Notes: generated by a model not told the origin, from the letters alone. 64,000 bases of DNA from an uncultured archaeon (GCA_963782915.1 CAWALK010000022.1:96001-160000); one strand, 5' to 3'; numbered from the stretch's first letter, positions 10,397 to 21,155 are shown. A program made the numbers and translations.

Positions 10397-11527
10397 ATGA
10401 CTACAGCACCTATCCCAACCAAAACCATCGGCTTCATCGTAAACCCAGTCGCAGGCATGGGCGGCGCAGTTGGACTCAAAGGCACAGACGGCAAAGCAAT
10501 CCTACAACAAGCCATAGCGTTAGGCGCTAAACCCATCGCAACACAAAGAGCAGAAACCTTCCTAACCGAATTAGCCTCAGCCAAAGAACACCTAAAACTT
10601 GTTGTGGGGGCAGGCCAAATGGGCGAGAATGAAGCCCAGAAACTTGGCTATACCTGCAAAGTTATCGGCGAAGCTAAAACAGAAACTTCTTCTGAGGACA
10701 CCCAAAGCGTTGCCAAAGGCATCGTTGAGGCAGGGGTTGATTTGCTGGTTTATTGCGGCGGAGACGGCACAACCCGTGACATCCAAAAAGCCATTGACAT
10801 GAAGGTACCAGCACTCGGGGTTCCAACTGGTGTTAAAATGCATAGTGCATTATTCGCCGTAAGCCCGCAAGCAGCGGCTAGAGTCGCAATCCGGTATCTT
10901 TGGGGTGGTTTGCCACTTCGGGAAGCTGAAGTTATGGATATTGATGAACAAGCATTCCGTCAAGGACACTTATCTGCGGAACTTTATGGGTACCTGCTTA
11001 GCCCCTTTGAGCCGCACCTCATTCAGGGCAACAAAATGGAGAGCCCCATGACCCAGAACGAATTGGAGAACCAAGCGGCGATTGCGGTCTATATGATCGA
11101 GGAAATGCAGCCAGATATCCTCTATATTGTTGGGCCAGGCACAACAACTCGTACGGTAGCTGACCTCTTGGACCAGAAAAAGACGCTACTTGGCGTCGAC
11201 CTAATCCAGAACAAACAAATAATCGCCCGAGACATAAACGAAAAACAGATCATAGAGGCAACAAGCGGTAAACCCACAAAAATCATCGTAACCCCCATTG
11301 GCGGACAGGGCTTCATCTTCGGCAGAGGCAACCAGCAGATAAGCAGCAGAGTCATCCGTCAAGTTGGCTTAGACAACATCGTTGTAATCGCGACAAAAAG
11401 CAAGTTGGATAGGTTGAAGAGTCTGAGGGTTGACACTGGCGATATAGAACTGGATAACAAGTTTAGGGCACATGGAGTCAAAGTGGTATCTGACTACAAA
11501 ACCACTATAGAAATGACTGTGGAGTAA
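10397..11527 (+). CDS. ATP-NAD kinase family protein (COG3199-type)
   Basis: IVNPVAGMGG, LKGTDG, GGDGTTRD, GVKMHS, GQGFIFGRGNQQ. Confidence 0.9.
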   Translation: MTTAPIPTKTIGFIVNPVAGMGGAVGLKGTDGKAILQQAIALGAKPIATQRAETFLTELASAKEHLKLVVGAGQMGENEAQKLGYTCKVIGEAKTETSSEDTQSVAKGIVEAGVDLLVYCGGDGTTRDIQKAIDMKVPALGVPTGVKMHSALFAVSPQAAARVAIRYLWGGLPLREAEVMDIDEQAFRQGHLSAELYGYLLSPFEPHLIQGNKMESPMTQNELENQAAIAVYMIEEMQPDILYIVGPGTTTRTVADLLDQKKTLLGVDLIQNKQIIARDINEKQIIEATSGKPTKIIVTPIGGQGFIFGRGNQQISSRVIRQVGLDNIVVIATKSKLDRLKSLRVDTGDIELDNKFRAHGVKVVSDYKTTIEMTVE

Positions 11528-11528
11528 A

Positions 11529-11915
11529 TTATTTCCATTCCCAGATTTTGCCTGTCCAGTTATCCGTCATATCCGTCTGGTACTCATGCAGAAGTATCGC
11601 TTTGTTTAACCGCATAAGCTTATCCGAATGCGTCGATTGCACTGAAGCGCCTCTGCTTAAGCCACCGTTTCCAGAAGGATAACCAACTGCATAAGCTTCC
11701 ATTGTCACTGTTTGCCCATCATTAGTTGTTATGGACGAGTTGACTTCTCCGCTAAAAACCCCATTCTCCATTACGCCAATGCTGGTTGTGGCCAAAAAAG
11801 CATCCATCCCCAGGATTTTTCCTGTTCCTTGCCCTGATACCTCCATTACTCCACCGGGAAGCACACGGTAAACTGTGTTTTTGCCTTTGAATTCACCAAT
11901 TAATTCGCCTTCCAT
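11529..11915 (-). CDS. Hypothetical beta-rich protein
   Basis: Open frame ending KIWEWK; GGAG upstream; convergent with the kinase gene. Confidence 0.65.
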   Translation of the reverse strand: MEGELIGEFKGKNTVYRVLPGGVMEVSGQGTGKILGMDAFLATTSIGVMENGVFSGEVNSSITTNDGQTVTMEAYAVGYPSGNGGLSRGASVQSTHSDKLMRLNKAILLHEYQTDMTDNWTGKIWEWK

Positions 11916-12057
11916 TCTCATCAAACACTCCAAACTAACAGAGATTGAGCGCCAAATTAGCGTATGTGACTGTAAACAAGCAGTCACGCTGGGATAGATT
12001 TTGGCAAATTAAAATATAGAAGCGCAACCCTAATTCTATAAAGAGGCTCAACAGAGT

Positions 12058-13161
12058 ATGATACCAATTAACAAGCCACAAATGGATGAGGCAGAGGTCC
12101 AAGCAGTTCTAGAAGTTATGCGTAAAGGACCACTAACCAACGCCTTGGGTGCAGGGCCAAAAACGTTAGAGTTCGAGAAAACCTTCGCAGAATTTGCAGG
12201 CGCTAAACATGCGGTTGCCGTTAACACGGGCACTGCCGCGTTGCATGCCGCAGTCATGGCTGTAGGCGTTAAACGTGATGACGAAGTAATCGTTCCAAGC
12301 TTCACATTCGTCGCCACCGCTGAAGCAGTTGCTTTAGCCGGCGGTAAACCAGTTTTCGCCGACATCGACCCAGAAACCTACACTCTCTCTCCAGCAGCGG
12401 TTGAGAAAGCAATCACCAAAAAAACCAAAGCCATCATGCCAGTTGACCTCTACGGCTTCTCAGCTGACATGAAGCCATTAAGGGAAATTGCTGACAAACA
12501 CAAGTTGGGCTTGGTTTCAGACGATGCCCAAGCTCACGGAACAACTTATGAGGGTAAACCAGCCGGATCCTTTTCGGATGCGGCTTGCTGGAGCCTCTAT
12601 GCAAGCAAAAACATGATGACAGGCGAAGGCGGAGTCGTCACCACCAACAGCGACCAAATTGATGAGAAACTGCGCATGATCCGAACTCACGGCGAAAAAG
12701 CCAAGTACGCCTCTGAGATGCTGGGAAGCAACTACCGCATGCCAGAACTCGAAGCAGCAATCGGCATCGTACAAATGAAGAAGCTGCCTTCATTCATCGC
12801 TAAACGCCGCCAGAATGCACAGCAACTAACCAAGATTCTGCAGAAATCAAGCAAGCTTGTCTTGCCCTATGAAACCAAAGATAGGCAACACAGCTGGTAC
12901 CTCTACACAGCAAGACTAAAGGACGCCACAGAAGCCCAACGCAACAAACTCCTCGAACAACTAAAAGCCAAAGGTATCGGAGCAGAAGCATACTACGTCA
13001 ACCCAGTGAACACAATGCCATTCTACCGCGACAACTACGGAGCCACATCACTGCCAGAAACCGAAAAAGCCGCCAAACAAGTCTTCTCGCTGCCAGTTCA
13101 CCCAGGAGTCACAAGCCAAGAAATAGATTTCATCGGCGAGTCAGTGCTAAGCTTACTGTAG
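12058..13161 (+). CDS. DegT/DnrJ/EryC1/StrS aminotransferase
   Basis: NTGTAALH, PSFTFVAT, DAQAHG, SLYASKNMMTGEGG. Confidence 0.93.
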   Translation: MIPINKPQMDEAEVQAVLEVMRKGPLTNALGAGPKTLEFEKTFAEFAGAKHAVAVNTGTAALHAAVMAVGVKRDDEVIVPSFTFVATAEAVALAGGKPVFADIDPETYTLSPAAVEKAITKKTKAIMPVDLYGFSADMKPLREIADKHKLGLVSDDAQAHGTTYEGKPAGSFSDAACWSLYASKNMMTGEGGVVTTNSDQIDEKLRMIRTHGEKAKYASEMLGSNYRMPELEAAIGIVQMKKLPSFIAKRRQNAQQLTKILQKSSKLVLPYETKDRQHSWYLYTARLKDATEAQRNKLLEQLKAKGIGAEAYYVNPVNTMPFYRDNYGATSLPETEKAAKQVFSLPVHPGVTSQEIDFIGESVLSLL

Positions 13162-13249
13162 TAGATTCAGGCATGGAGTGTAACAGTTAAATTACACTTC
13201 CACACTATACTTTTTGATTTACAACATTTAGGGTTTATTTTAAAGGGGT

Positions 13250-13676
13250 ATGAAGTGTTTGAGTAACGATGAAGGCGTCTCTCGCATTAAAGTCAAATTC
13301 CTCATTGAAGGTTTAGGCGAAGCTGAAGGCGAACTCGTTAGGTTTCTAGCACCCAGATCAATCGATAACATTGTACGCAGATTACCCATGGAGGGTAGAG
13401 CGGCAATATACAAAGAAGAGGTTTACTTTGAAATCCCCTTAAAGATGGGTGAAGAAAAAGCTAAACCAACAGTGGAAATGGGCACGATTGCTTTTTGGCC
13501 CATGGGCAGCGCATTATGCGTATTCTTACGGTAAATCTCAACCCTATAGCCCTGTTAGCGTATTGGGAAAAATAACCAGTAACTTAGAGCTGTTTAAACA
13601 GGTTAAAAGTGGTTCAACAATAAAAGTTGTTCTTGCACCGGCCGAAAAAAGTTTAGAGGGAACTGTCGTTCCATAA
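13250..13676 (+). CDS. Cyclophilin-like fold protein (frameshift ~13525)
   Basis: EVYFEIP, GTIAFWPMGSALCVF|YGKSQPYSPVSVLGKI. Confidence 0.75.
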
Positions 13677-14126
13677 ACTGAGAAGCCGCTCGCATTCTTC
13701 TTTTACGCTTCTATCAGTTGTTTTCTCTTTTAATGCTTGGAGAAACTCGATGCGTTTAGCGATAGACCGTTTCTCTGCGGGTCCACCATAATACATCCTG
13801 CCCGCAACGTATTCTTGCATACTGTAAGCTTTTTGTATGAATAAGCTGGCGGCATCCACTGGGTTGTCTACCGCGAATTTGTTAGCCCAAATCGCAACTT
13901 CAGTTTGACGTAACTGGGTCATGCCGTCGATTTCAGTGATGTTTCGAATGTAAGTCTGCAAATAATCAAAGTACCCTGCAGTTTTAATGTAATCAAGGGC
14001 TTCCTTAACTTTATTTACAAACTCATGTTTGCCTTCAACAGTTAAATTATGCTTGTATCCTTGCGTCACAAGGGTTCTTGCTGTTTTAAGCTCTTTGCTA
14101 GTGTAAACTTTTTCTGGGAAACTCAA
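13653..14126 (-). CDS. Hypothetical protein
   Basis: 157-aa ORF with GGAG upstream, downstream of rps25e. Confidence 0.7.
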   Translation of the reverse strand: MSFPEKVYTSKELKTARTLVTQGYKHNLTVEGKHEFVNKVKEALDYIKTAGYFDYLQTYIRNITEIDGMTQLRQTEVAIWANKFAVDNPVDAASLFIQKAYSMQEYVAGRMYYGGPAEKRSIAKRIEFLQALKEKTTDRSVKEECERLLSLWNDSSL

Positions 14127-14184
14127 AGGTACAACTCCGAAATTAGAAAGGATATTATTTTAATAAAATATGTTGGGAGCAGTT

Positions 14185-14514
14185 TTAGGCTGCTGGCTTA
14201 TAGATTTTGAGATTATGGCTACCTGATACTAGCTGAACTGCACCGTTTGATTCGAGCTGCTCTAGGAAGTCTTTTGCTGCGCTTATGCGTATGCCGTATC
14301 GTGTTGCAACTGCGTATGGTGTTAAGACACCCATCTTTTTGATTTCAGCGACGATTTTTTGGTCTTTGACGTCTGGAACCATGATGCCGACTGTTATCTT
14401 CTTCTGTGGCGGTCCAGTTTTCTTTTCTTCCTTCTTCTTGGATTTCTCGTCGTCAGATTTATCAGCTTGCTGCTTCTCCATCTGCTTTATGCCGAGCTTC
14501 TTTTTTCCACCCAT
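14185..14514 (-). CDS. rps25e: 30S ribosomal protein eS25
   Basis: MGGKKK start, VLTPYAVATRYGIRISAAK winged helix. Confidence 0.88.
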   Translation of the reverse strand: MGGKKKLGIKQMEKQQADKSDDEKSKKKEEKKTGPPQKKITVGIMVPDVKDQKIVAEIKKMGVLTPYAVATRYGIRISAAKDFLEQLESNGAVQLVSGSHNLKIYKPAA

Positions 14515-14548
14515 GTTTTCACCTTGCCGATTATTTTGATTCCAACAT

Positions 14549-16039
14549 CTAGACTGGCTGGCTTATTTCAACCTTATGTTTGTTTTGCCACTCTTTGATT
14601 GGGATGCCTAGTTTCTTTTCTACTTCAGCGCGGTGGATTGAGTTCATGGTGCAGAAGGGTATGATTCTGCCGTCTGGGACTGCATAGTGGATGACGCAGC
14701 GTTGTACGCGTTCGAGGTCAAAGTTGTATGGGTCCATGAAGTGCATTGAGGAAATCAGCATTGCAGAGCGAGCGAAGTCTCCAAGCGATTTGTAGTCACC
14801 ATTAACCAGTACCTTTAGCACGTATTTGCGGAGGAAGCCGAATTTGATATGGCGACCTGCTCCTACGAGGCGGAGTTTAGCTTTGCTCGTGTTGCCTTTG
14901 GATGCATCGTCGTATACGCTTTGGAGAGTTGCGACAAATTTGTCTATGTTGCCGTAGCGTGTGATTGGTATGATTTTGCCGTTTTCGATGAAAACAAATG
15001 TTGCCATGCCACAATGTGGATGCGCTGTGAATTCGACATAGCGTTTGCCTTTGATGGCGCCGACTGCTTTAGAGACGGGGACTACGACTGGAACTGGGTA
15101 GAAGTCGCTGGTTTTGATTACACCGTTAGTCTGTTCTTCGACCCTTTTCATGAAGTCGGGTATGGTGATGCGCATCTTTTCCCGCTCTTCAGCTGGCAGA
15201 CGCCCGCATAATGAGACGGGTTGAACGTTTATGCATCGGACGACGTCACTGTTTTTGGCTGCAAAATTGATTATGTCGCCCAGTTGACTATCGTTTACGC
15301 CTTTAACTAGGGTAACAACCAAAACGACGCTGTTCCAGCCTGCGGCTCGAAGGTTCTCAAGAGCCTTCATTTTTATGTCAAGTAAATCGACGCCGCGAAT
15401 ATACTTGTATACTTCTGGGGTTAATCCGTCAAATTGCAGGTAGAGTGTGCTGACGCCTGCTGCTTTGAGTTCCTTGCAGTATTCAACATCTTGGGAGATG
15501 CGTAAGCCGTTACTGTTGACTTCAACGTGGTTGAAGCCTAATTCTTTGGCTTTGCGGACCATGTCGGGGAGTTCTTTTCGGATGGTGGGTTCTCCGCCGC
15601 TGAACTGAAGTGCCTGTGCTGGTACTGGTTTGGTTGCACGCAAATTCTCAAGCATACCTACGACCTGCTCCATAGTAGGTTCATAGACGTATCCAGCGTA
15701 GTTTGCGTTGGCAAAGCAGACGGGGCATTTTAGGTTACAGCGGTTAGTGATGTCAATGATTGCCAAGGCGGTGTGGGATTTGTGTTCTGGGCAGATGCCA
15801 CAGTCTTTTGGGCAACCCAGTTTTTTCTCTGTGCGCGGGTTTTCAACGCCAGTGCCTTCATAGCGGAATTTTTCGGCGCGCACATATTGGTCATAGTCTG
15901 ACCAGTAAAGTTCAGTACAAAGCCCATGTTCGGGGCATGTTTTTTTGATGAATACTTTGCCTTCGTCCTCGTAGATGGTTGCATCTATGGGTTTTAGGCA
16001 TTCAGGGCAAAGACTTTTTGTTGATTTGATATCTTTCAT
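14549..16039 (-). CDS. tes: Radical SAM tetraether lipid synthase Tes/GDGT-MAS (MJ0619 family)
   Basis: N-terminal SLCPEC...KTCPEHG, CPKDCGICPEH, CNLKCPVC SAM cluster, HPHCG, C-terminal RCVIHYAVPDGRIIPFC. Confidence 0.85.
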   Translation of the reverse strand: MKDIKSTKSLCPECLKPIDATIYEDEGKVFIKKTCPEHGLCTELYWSDYDQYVRAEKFRYEGTGVENPRTEKKLGCPKDCGICPEHKSHTALAIIDITNRCNLKCPVCFANANYAGYVYEPTMEQVVGMLENLRATKPVPAQALQFSGGEPTIRKELPDMVRKAKELGFNHVEVNSNGLRISQDVEYCKELKAAGVSTLYLQFDGLTPEVYKYIRGVDLLDIKMKALENLRAAGWNSVVLVVTLVKGVNDSQLGDIINFAAKNSDVVRCINVQPVSLCGRLPAEEREKMRITIPDFMKRVEEQTNGVIKTSDFYPVPVVVPVSKAVGAIKGKRYVEFTAHPHCGMATFVFIENGKIIPITRYGNIDKFVATLQSVYDDASKGNTSKAKLRLVGAGRHIKFGFLRKYVLKVLVNGDYKSLGDFARSAMLISSMHFMDPYNFDLERVQRCVIHYAVPDGRIIPFCTMNSIHRAEVEKKLGIPIKEWQNKHKVEISQPV

Positions 16040-16147
16040 GTATAGTTTGCCTTCTGTCGTGTAAGCGTTACTTTAGAAGTGCTTAAGAGAGAAGTGATGA
16101 TAATAAGGTTTCCAAACGTTTCCTAAGGTGATTGAGGGGAAAAACAG

Positions 16148-16897
16148 ATGATAAATGAGGAAACCCGTGCAGCACTGCGTGAAATGGGCTTGAACGCCTA
16201 CGAAATTGATGCTTACTTAGCATTGCTTGATGTTGGGCAGATGACGGCTATGGAAATCAGCCAGCAAGCCAACGTGCCCTATAGCAAAATGTATGAAGTC
16301 CTCAATTCGCTTAAAGAAAAAGGCTGGATTAAAAGTAGCGAAACCCGCCCCTTCAAATATTACCCCGTTCCACCCTTAGAAGCCACACGCTTCACTAAGC
16401 TTCGGCTTGAAGACAAATACGTGGGTTGGGAAAACACAGTCGCAGAAACATTGCAGCCGCTCTATGAGAAACGCGAAATCGTTGAGCGTCCAGACATGCT
16501 TATTCTGCGTGGACAACAAGCAGTATTGAGTAAGATTGAGGATGTTTTTAAGAAGGCATCCGTGGAAATTGTGGTTGCTGCACCCGAGTTTGCGAAGCCT
16601 GTGATTGCTTTGGCTGAACCGTTGCTTGAGAATGGGCTTAAGAAAAATGTTAGCGTCAAGTTTATGGCTGCTGGCAAAAAGGAAGAATGGCAGTTCATGA
16701 AAAAGTTCTCTGGTTTGGGTGAGGTGCGGATTCGCGATCATATGTTTGGCGGGGGCATAATTGCTGATGGCAAAGAAGCTATGCTGTTTTTGGGTGAGGA
16801 TAAGCCGACGCTTGTGATTTGGAGTAATCATGTTGGTTTGGTTGGGTTTGCCCGTGAATACTTCCAGTTTTTGTGGGATTCTTCTGCAAAGGCTTAG
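16148..16897 (+). CDS. TrmB family transcriptional regulator
   Basis: GLNAYEIDAYLALL, VPYSKMYEVLNSL HTH, C-terminal IIADGKE domain. Confidence 0.9.
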   Translation: MINEETRAALREMGLNAYEIDAYLALLDVGQMTAMEISQQANVPYSKMYEVLNSLKEKGWIKSSETRPFKYYPVPPLEATRFTKLRLEDKYVGWENTVAETLQPLYEKREIVERPDMLILRGQQAVLSKIEDVFKKASVEIVVAAPEFAKPVIALAEPLLENGLKKNVSVKFMAAGKKEEWQFMKKFSGLGEVRIRDHMFGGGIIADGKEAMLFLGEDKPTLVIWSNHVGLVGFAREYFQFLWDSSAKA

Positions 16898-16935
16898 GCA
16901 ATATACCGTTTAAGGTAAAAGTCGGGGCGGTTGCT

Positions 16936-17045
16936 GTTTTTTCTATAGTTGTTGTTGCCGAAAACCGCCTATACACAACAACAACCCGCGGGCTTGGCAA
17001 GCGGTTGTGTTAAGGTTGCAGGTTGGTTACGGAGCAAACCGCAAG
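16936..17045 (-). repeat. Dispersed repeat copy (modules C and B)
   Basis: Minus strand CTTGCGGTTTGCTCCGTAACCAACCTGCAAC (17045-17015), then GGTTGTTGTTGTGTATAGGCGGTTTTCGGCAACAACAACTATAGAAAAAAC (16986-16936); lies between convergent genes. Confidence 0.9.
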
Positions 17046-17133
17046 CAGAACAAAAGACCCGCTACAATTAGCAGTAATAGCAAAAATTTCGGTTAAAATA
17101 AAAATGAAAAAGAAAAGAGATGTAGTGGCTGGT

Positions 17134-18249
17134 TTAGTCTTCGCGCCACTTAAACAGCTTCACTGCCAAAGCGAAGATAACCACTGTAATGATTGCTAGC
17201 ACAGCGATGTCGATGAGTGCGGCTGGTATGTTGTTGTAGACCATCACATTGTTTAGGCCTTCAGTGACGTAGAACAGCGGTAGCACATGTGCGAATGTTT
17301 GTAGGTATTGGGGCATGCTGCTGATTGGGAAGAAGGTGCCTGCGAGGAACATCATTGGGAAAGTAACTATGTTGCCGATGACGCCTGCGGTTTCTGGGCT
17401 CTTGGTTACTGTGCCAACTAGCATTCCGAGTGCAGCGAAGAGCATTGGACCCAAGATTAGGAAGGGTATTAGCATTGGCGATAGGTTTACGGTTGCGCCG
17501 AAAGCAAAGACACCTACTCCGACCATGAGTAGGAAACCGGCGATTGTGAGTACGATGTACCAGATGACTTTGGATGTTAACCATTCCATCTTTGTTAGCG
17601 GTGTCAATGAGAGTTGCTTGAAGAGTTTATTTTTCTTGTATTCGCTGGAGATGTTGACTAGTGAAAACATTGGGCTTGTGAGGATGGAGAAGCCGATTAA
17701 GCCTGGGATTAGGAAGTCGATGTATTTTGTTTGTTGTGTGTTAACGGTTGCTGAAGTTATGCTGATCACGTTTGTGCCGTGGTATCTTTGTAGGTTGAAA
17801 TAGTTCGCGTAGCCGTTAACGGTTCCACTTACGATACCGCTTGTGCTTGACGAAGGATTACCGTACACTGTAACGTTCACTGGATTCCCAGCGATGTAGT
17901 TGGCCGAGAAATTCTGAGGTATAACTATGCCATCAGAGACTGAATGCCCGCTAAGTAATCAGCAAAGTTCCCTGTATCATTAACTGTAACTACCCTGATG
18001 GTTGTCGATTCATTGAGAGCTAATAGGAACTGTGATGCAACGTCAGGTTGTGTTGCCGTAAATGGACCCATGTCTTGATTCTGGACATAAACCGTGACTG
18101 TTCCTGTGCTGCCGCCAGAAAAGATGGCGCCGAAAATCAGATATCAGTACAACTGGGAATATTAATCCGAAGAATAACCCAAACTTGTTTCTAAGGTAAC
18201 CTACACTAAATACTCTAAAGTCTGCGTAAATGCGTTTTGCGCTCACCAT
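17134..18249 (-). CDS. ABC-2 type exporter permease (frameshifts ~18140, ~17950)
   Basis: FFGLIFPV N-terminus, YIDFLIPGLIG, FPMMFLAGTFFP, LFKW end. Confidence 0.88.
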
Positions 18250-18252
18250 GTT

Positions 18253-19212
18253 TTAGCGCCTCCGTTTTTTGCTGCTTTTTTCATTGGATTCTGTTTCTCC
18301 TTGTTCCCCGATTGGTTCACTGACTAGTTTTATGAATACGTCGTCGAGGCTGTCTTGACGGGTTTGTATGTTACCCCAATCGAGACCTGACTGTTCAGCC
18401 GCTGCCAATGCTGCGAGGGCATCGATTTTCTTTTTGAGCGGTATGGTGATTTCTCCTTTTGATGCATTGTATTCGACTTGTAATTCTGTGTTGGCTTTGA
18501 TGTATTCAGCTAATTTTTCGTTGCCGTGGATTTCAAGCCGTTCCCCTGAACCGTGTTGTAGAATGATTTCTTCTGTGGTGCCCATGGCAACGATTTTACC
18601 ATGATCCATGATTGCGACTCTGTCAGAAAGTTGCTGGGCTTCGTCGAGGTAGTGGGTGGTTAAGATGATGGTTTTTCCTTTTGCTTTTAGGCCGCGTATT
18701 ACTTCCCAGATGGCTCGGCGTGCGTTGGGGTCTAAGCCAGTTGTGGGTTCGTCGAGGAAGAGCAGTTCAGGTGTGTTAACCAGTGAGAGGGCTAAGCCAG
18801 TTTTCTGTTTTTGGCCACCTGAGAGGCTTTCGAAAACATGGTCAGCCATGTCTTCAAGAAGGACTTCTTTTAGAATCTCTTCAACGTTAACTTGTACGTT
18901 GAATAGTTTAGCGTAGTAGTTGATGGCTTCTCTTGGAGTGGTTTTTTCAAAGAAAGTGAAGTCTTGGGGGATGACGCCTATTTTTTTGTGGACTTCATAA
19001 CCGTTTTTCCATGGGTCGAATCCTAGGATTTTGACGTCTCCGCCGTCGCGTTCACGCAGACCTTCCATGATTTCGATGGAGGTTGTTTTTCCTGCGCCGT
19101 TGGGACCCAATAATCCGAAGACTTCACCCTGCTTAACAGTAAACGAGATGCCGTCTACAGCTTTTAGGGATCCATAGTTTTTTTGGAGGTTGGATACTTC
19201 AATCGGTAACAT
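18253..19212 (-). CDS. ABC transporter ATP-binding protein
   Basis: GPNGAGKTT, LSGGQ, FLDEPTTGLDP, TTHY. Confidence 0.95.
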   Translation of the reverse strand: MLPIEVSNLQKNYGSLKAVDGISFTVKQGEVFGLLGPNGAGKTTSIEIMEGLRERDGGDVKILGFDPWKNGYEVHKKIGVIPQDFTFFEKTTPREAINYYAKLFNVQVNVEEILKEVLLEDMADHVFESLSGGQKQKTGLALSLVNTPELLFLDEPTTGLDPNARRAIWEVIRGLKAKGKTIILTTHYLDEAQQLSDRVAIMDHGKIVAMGTTEEIILQHGSGERLEIHGNEKLAEYIKANTELQVEYNASKGEITIPLKKKIDALAALAAAEQSGLDWGNIQTRQDSLDDVFIKLVSEPIGEQGETESNEKSSKKRRR

Positions 19213-19325
19213 TTGTTCGTTCTTCCTTGCTGAAAGTGTAAATTTGTCTTCTTGTTTTACTGATGAGGGAGATATAACTTTCGGCAATAGTAGCGGTAAC
19301 TTGCCCTTGAGGTATATAGGAGCAG

Positions 19326-19835
19326 TTAGGGGTTTGTTTTTCTGAGGACTTTTTTGGTAGAGTCACCGTTTATTCCTTTAAAAATGAAGTCGGTGAGGTC
19401 TTCAGGTGATAAGTAACGGGGACCCCTTTCATGGAACACACGGATTTCAAGTGTGCCTTTGGCATAAGCGGTTCGTATCATGTAGTAATCGAATTTTAAG
19501 GCGGTTCGCTTCTCGCCGTTTCCTTTGTAGTAGCGTATGGAACAGAAGAAATCTAGTACCGCTGCCTTCTCCTGAGCTATAAAATCCAATGCCTTGGTAA
19601 CTTCTTCAGAGTTAATGTAGGTAAAAGAGGCATCTTCCGCTAAGCCAAACTCAAAAATCACTATGCCCTCAGGCACAGTGGGGATAGATACTTCTTCAAA
19701 GAGGAATTCTTTGCGGTTTATATCGCCTAAAAATTGGATGAGGCGTTGCTGAAGCTGCCTGTTGGAAATAAAGGACTGATAGTTTTGGATGTGATGGATG
19801 TTTTCGGGAAAAGTTTCGTAGAAACCAATAGTCAA
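19326..19835 (-). CDS. Hypothetical protein
   Basis: 169-aa ORF co-oriented with neighbours. Confidence 0.7.
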   Translation of the reverse strand: MTIGFYETFPENIHHIQNYQSFISNRQLQQRLIQFLGDINRKEFLFEEVSIPTVPEGIVIFEFGLAEDASFTYINSEEVTKALDFIAQEKAAVLDFFCSIRYYKGNGEKRTALKFDYYMIRTAYAKGTLEIRVFHERGPRYLSPEDLTDFIFKGINGDSTKKVLRKTNP

Positions 19836-19844
19836 AGCCTTGAC

Positions 19845-20210
19845 TCAAGCCTTCATTTTCTTGATTTTCTCAACACTGTTTAGCAGTTCGCTTAGGGCAA
19901 CGGTGAGTTTTTGGAGTTCATCGATATCTTCGGTTTTCTCGATTTTGCCTTGTATGTCCGCTATTTTTGCCATGAGCACTGCTTCTAGCTTGTCGTAGGC
20001 TGTGTTTGGTTGGGGGGCTTGTTTGGGTGGTTCTTCGCCCTCTTTAATTACGATGACTTTTTTCTCGTCTTTGCCACACCACAACGTGCCATCTCTTAGA
20101 CGAAGCAGTGGTGAAGCGCAGACTGGACATGAGAGATCAGTTAAGGTGGCGCCTTGCCGTAGCAGTTCAGCCATTCGCTTGATCGGATTGCTTTCTTTGT
20201 CTTGTTGCAT
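19845..20210 (-). CDS. UPF0148 / autoantigen-p27-like Zn-ribbon protein
   Basis: MAELLRQGATLTDLSCPVCASPL; divergent from UPF0147. Confidence 0.85.
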   Translation of the reverse strand: MQQDKESNPIKRMAELLRQGATLTDLSCPVCASPLLRLRDGTLWCGKDEKKVIVIKEGEEPPKQAPQPNTAYDKLEAVLMAKIADIQGKIEKTEDIDELQKLTVALSELLNSVEKIKKMKA

Positions 20211-20286
20211 GTAGAACCCAAAATAGATACATATCAATACATATATAACTTAATTTACTGCATTGGCAGTAAAGGGGAACTAATTT

Positions 20287-20565
20287 ATGGTTCGCAAAAA
20301 GAAAAGTGAAGAATATGAAGCTAAAATTAAGCAAGCGTTGCAAGTGCTTGGCGAGGTTTCTGAAGACAGCACAACACCACGCAACATTCGCCGCTCTGCA
20401 AAAGACGCCATGAACGCTTTATTGGGCACTGAATATACTGCTGCTGTTAAGGCTTCAAATGCAGTGTCCCTGCTTGATGAAATATTGCAGGATCCCAACA
20501 TGCCGCCTTATACGCGGGTTAAGCTCTGGAACGTTATGAGCTTCATCGAAGCTATAAAAGACTAA
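20287..20565 (+). CDS. UPF0147 family protein
   Basis: DSTTPRNIRR, DPNMPPYTRVKLW. Confidence 0.92.
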   Translation: MVRKKKSEEYEAKIKQALQVLGEVSEDSTTPRNIRRSAKDAMNALLGTEYTAAVKASNAVSLLDEILQDPNMPPYTRVKLWNVMSFIEAIKD

Positions 20566-20608
20566 ACAGATCTTATTTCTGTTTTAATTTCATTTTTTGT
20601 AAAAAGCG

Positions 20609-21079
20609 CTATTTTTTCGTTTTAGCGGATTCTGTGCATTCTTTGTATGAGCGGGCGCAGTGCATGCAGCAAAACGCCATTTCTTTGCCGTCGATGACTT
20701 CGTGGTAGGCGCCTTCGTAGACTTTGCAGCCGCAGTGAGCACAAACAGATAGGCTTGGTTCAATTGCAATAGATACTAAGCCAGCAAATCGCTTGAATAG
20801 GCAAGTGCAGAGTTCTCTGCCTTCTACTGTTAGCTCAAAGACTTTCTTTACTTTGTCGCCGACTGGTTCCAATTTGTGTTTGACTAAGCCTTTGTTTTCA
20901 AGTTGCTCGAGGAATGGGTATACTAGGCTTGGGCTGATTTCTTTTTTGACGCGTTTTTTGAATTGGCTGATTATGCTGTAGCCGTGTGCGGGTCCTTCGT
21001 AGAGTATGGTTAGGATGTAGAAGCGGCTGAAGTCGCTGAGTAATTCGTCTATGTTTTGGGCGTTTGTGGGTTGGGTCAT
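20609..21079 (-). CDS. PadR family regulator with C-terminal TRASH-like metal-binding domain
   Basis: HGYSII, YPFLEQLE, FELTVEG; CAHCG...FCCMHCA. Confidence 0.85.
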   Translation of the reverse strand: MTQPTNAQNIDELLSDFSRFYILTILYEGPAHGYSIISQFKKRVKKEISPSLVYPFLEQLENKGLVKHKLEPVGDKVKKVFELTVEGRELCTCLFKRFAGLVSIAIEPSLSVCAHCGCKVYEGAYHEVIDGKEMAFCCMHCARSYKECTESAKTKK

Positions 21080-21124
21080 GTTGCGTCTGTTTCTATTGGA
21101 GGTTTTGGGGTATTAAATGTTTAT

Positions 21125-21155
21125 TAGATATATCTCAAAAATACACATATATCTA
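21125..21155. promoter_or_regulatory. Putative operator (inverted repeat) between padR and cupin
   Basis: Perfect palindrome AGATATATCT 21126-21135 plus variant ACATATATCT 21145-21154. Confidence 0.45.

Noticed and set aside
13175-13201. Inverted repeat GGAGTGTAA...TTACACTTCC upstream of the cyclophilin-like gene
   Set aside because: Single imperfect occurrence; cannot distinguish operator, terminator or chance.
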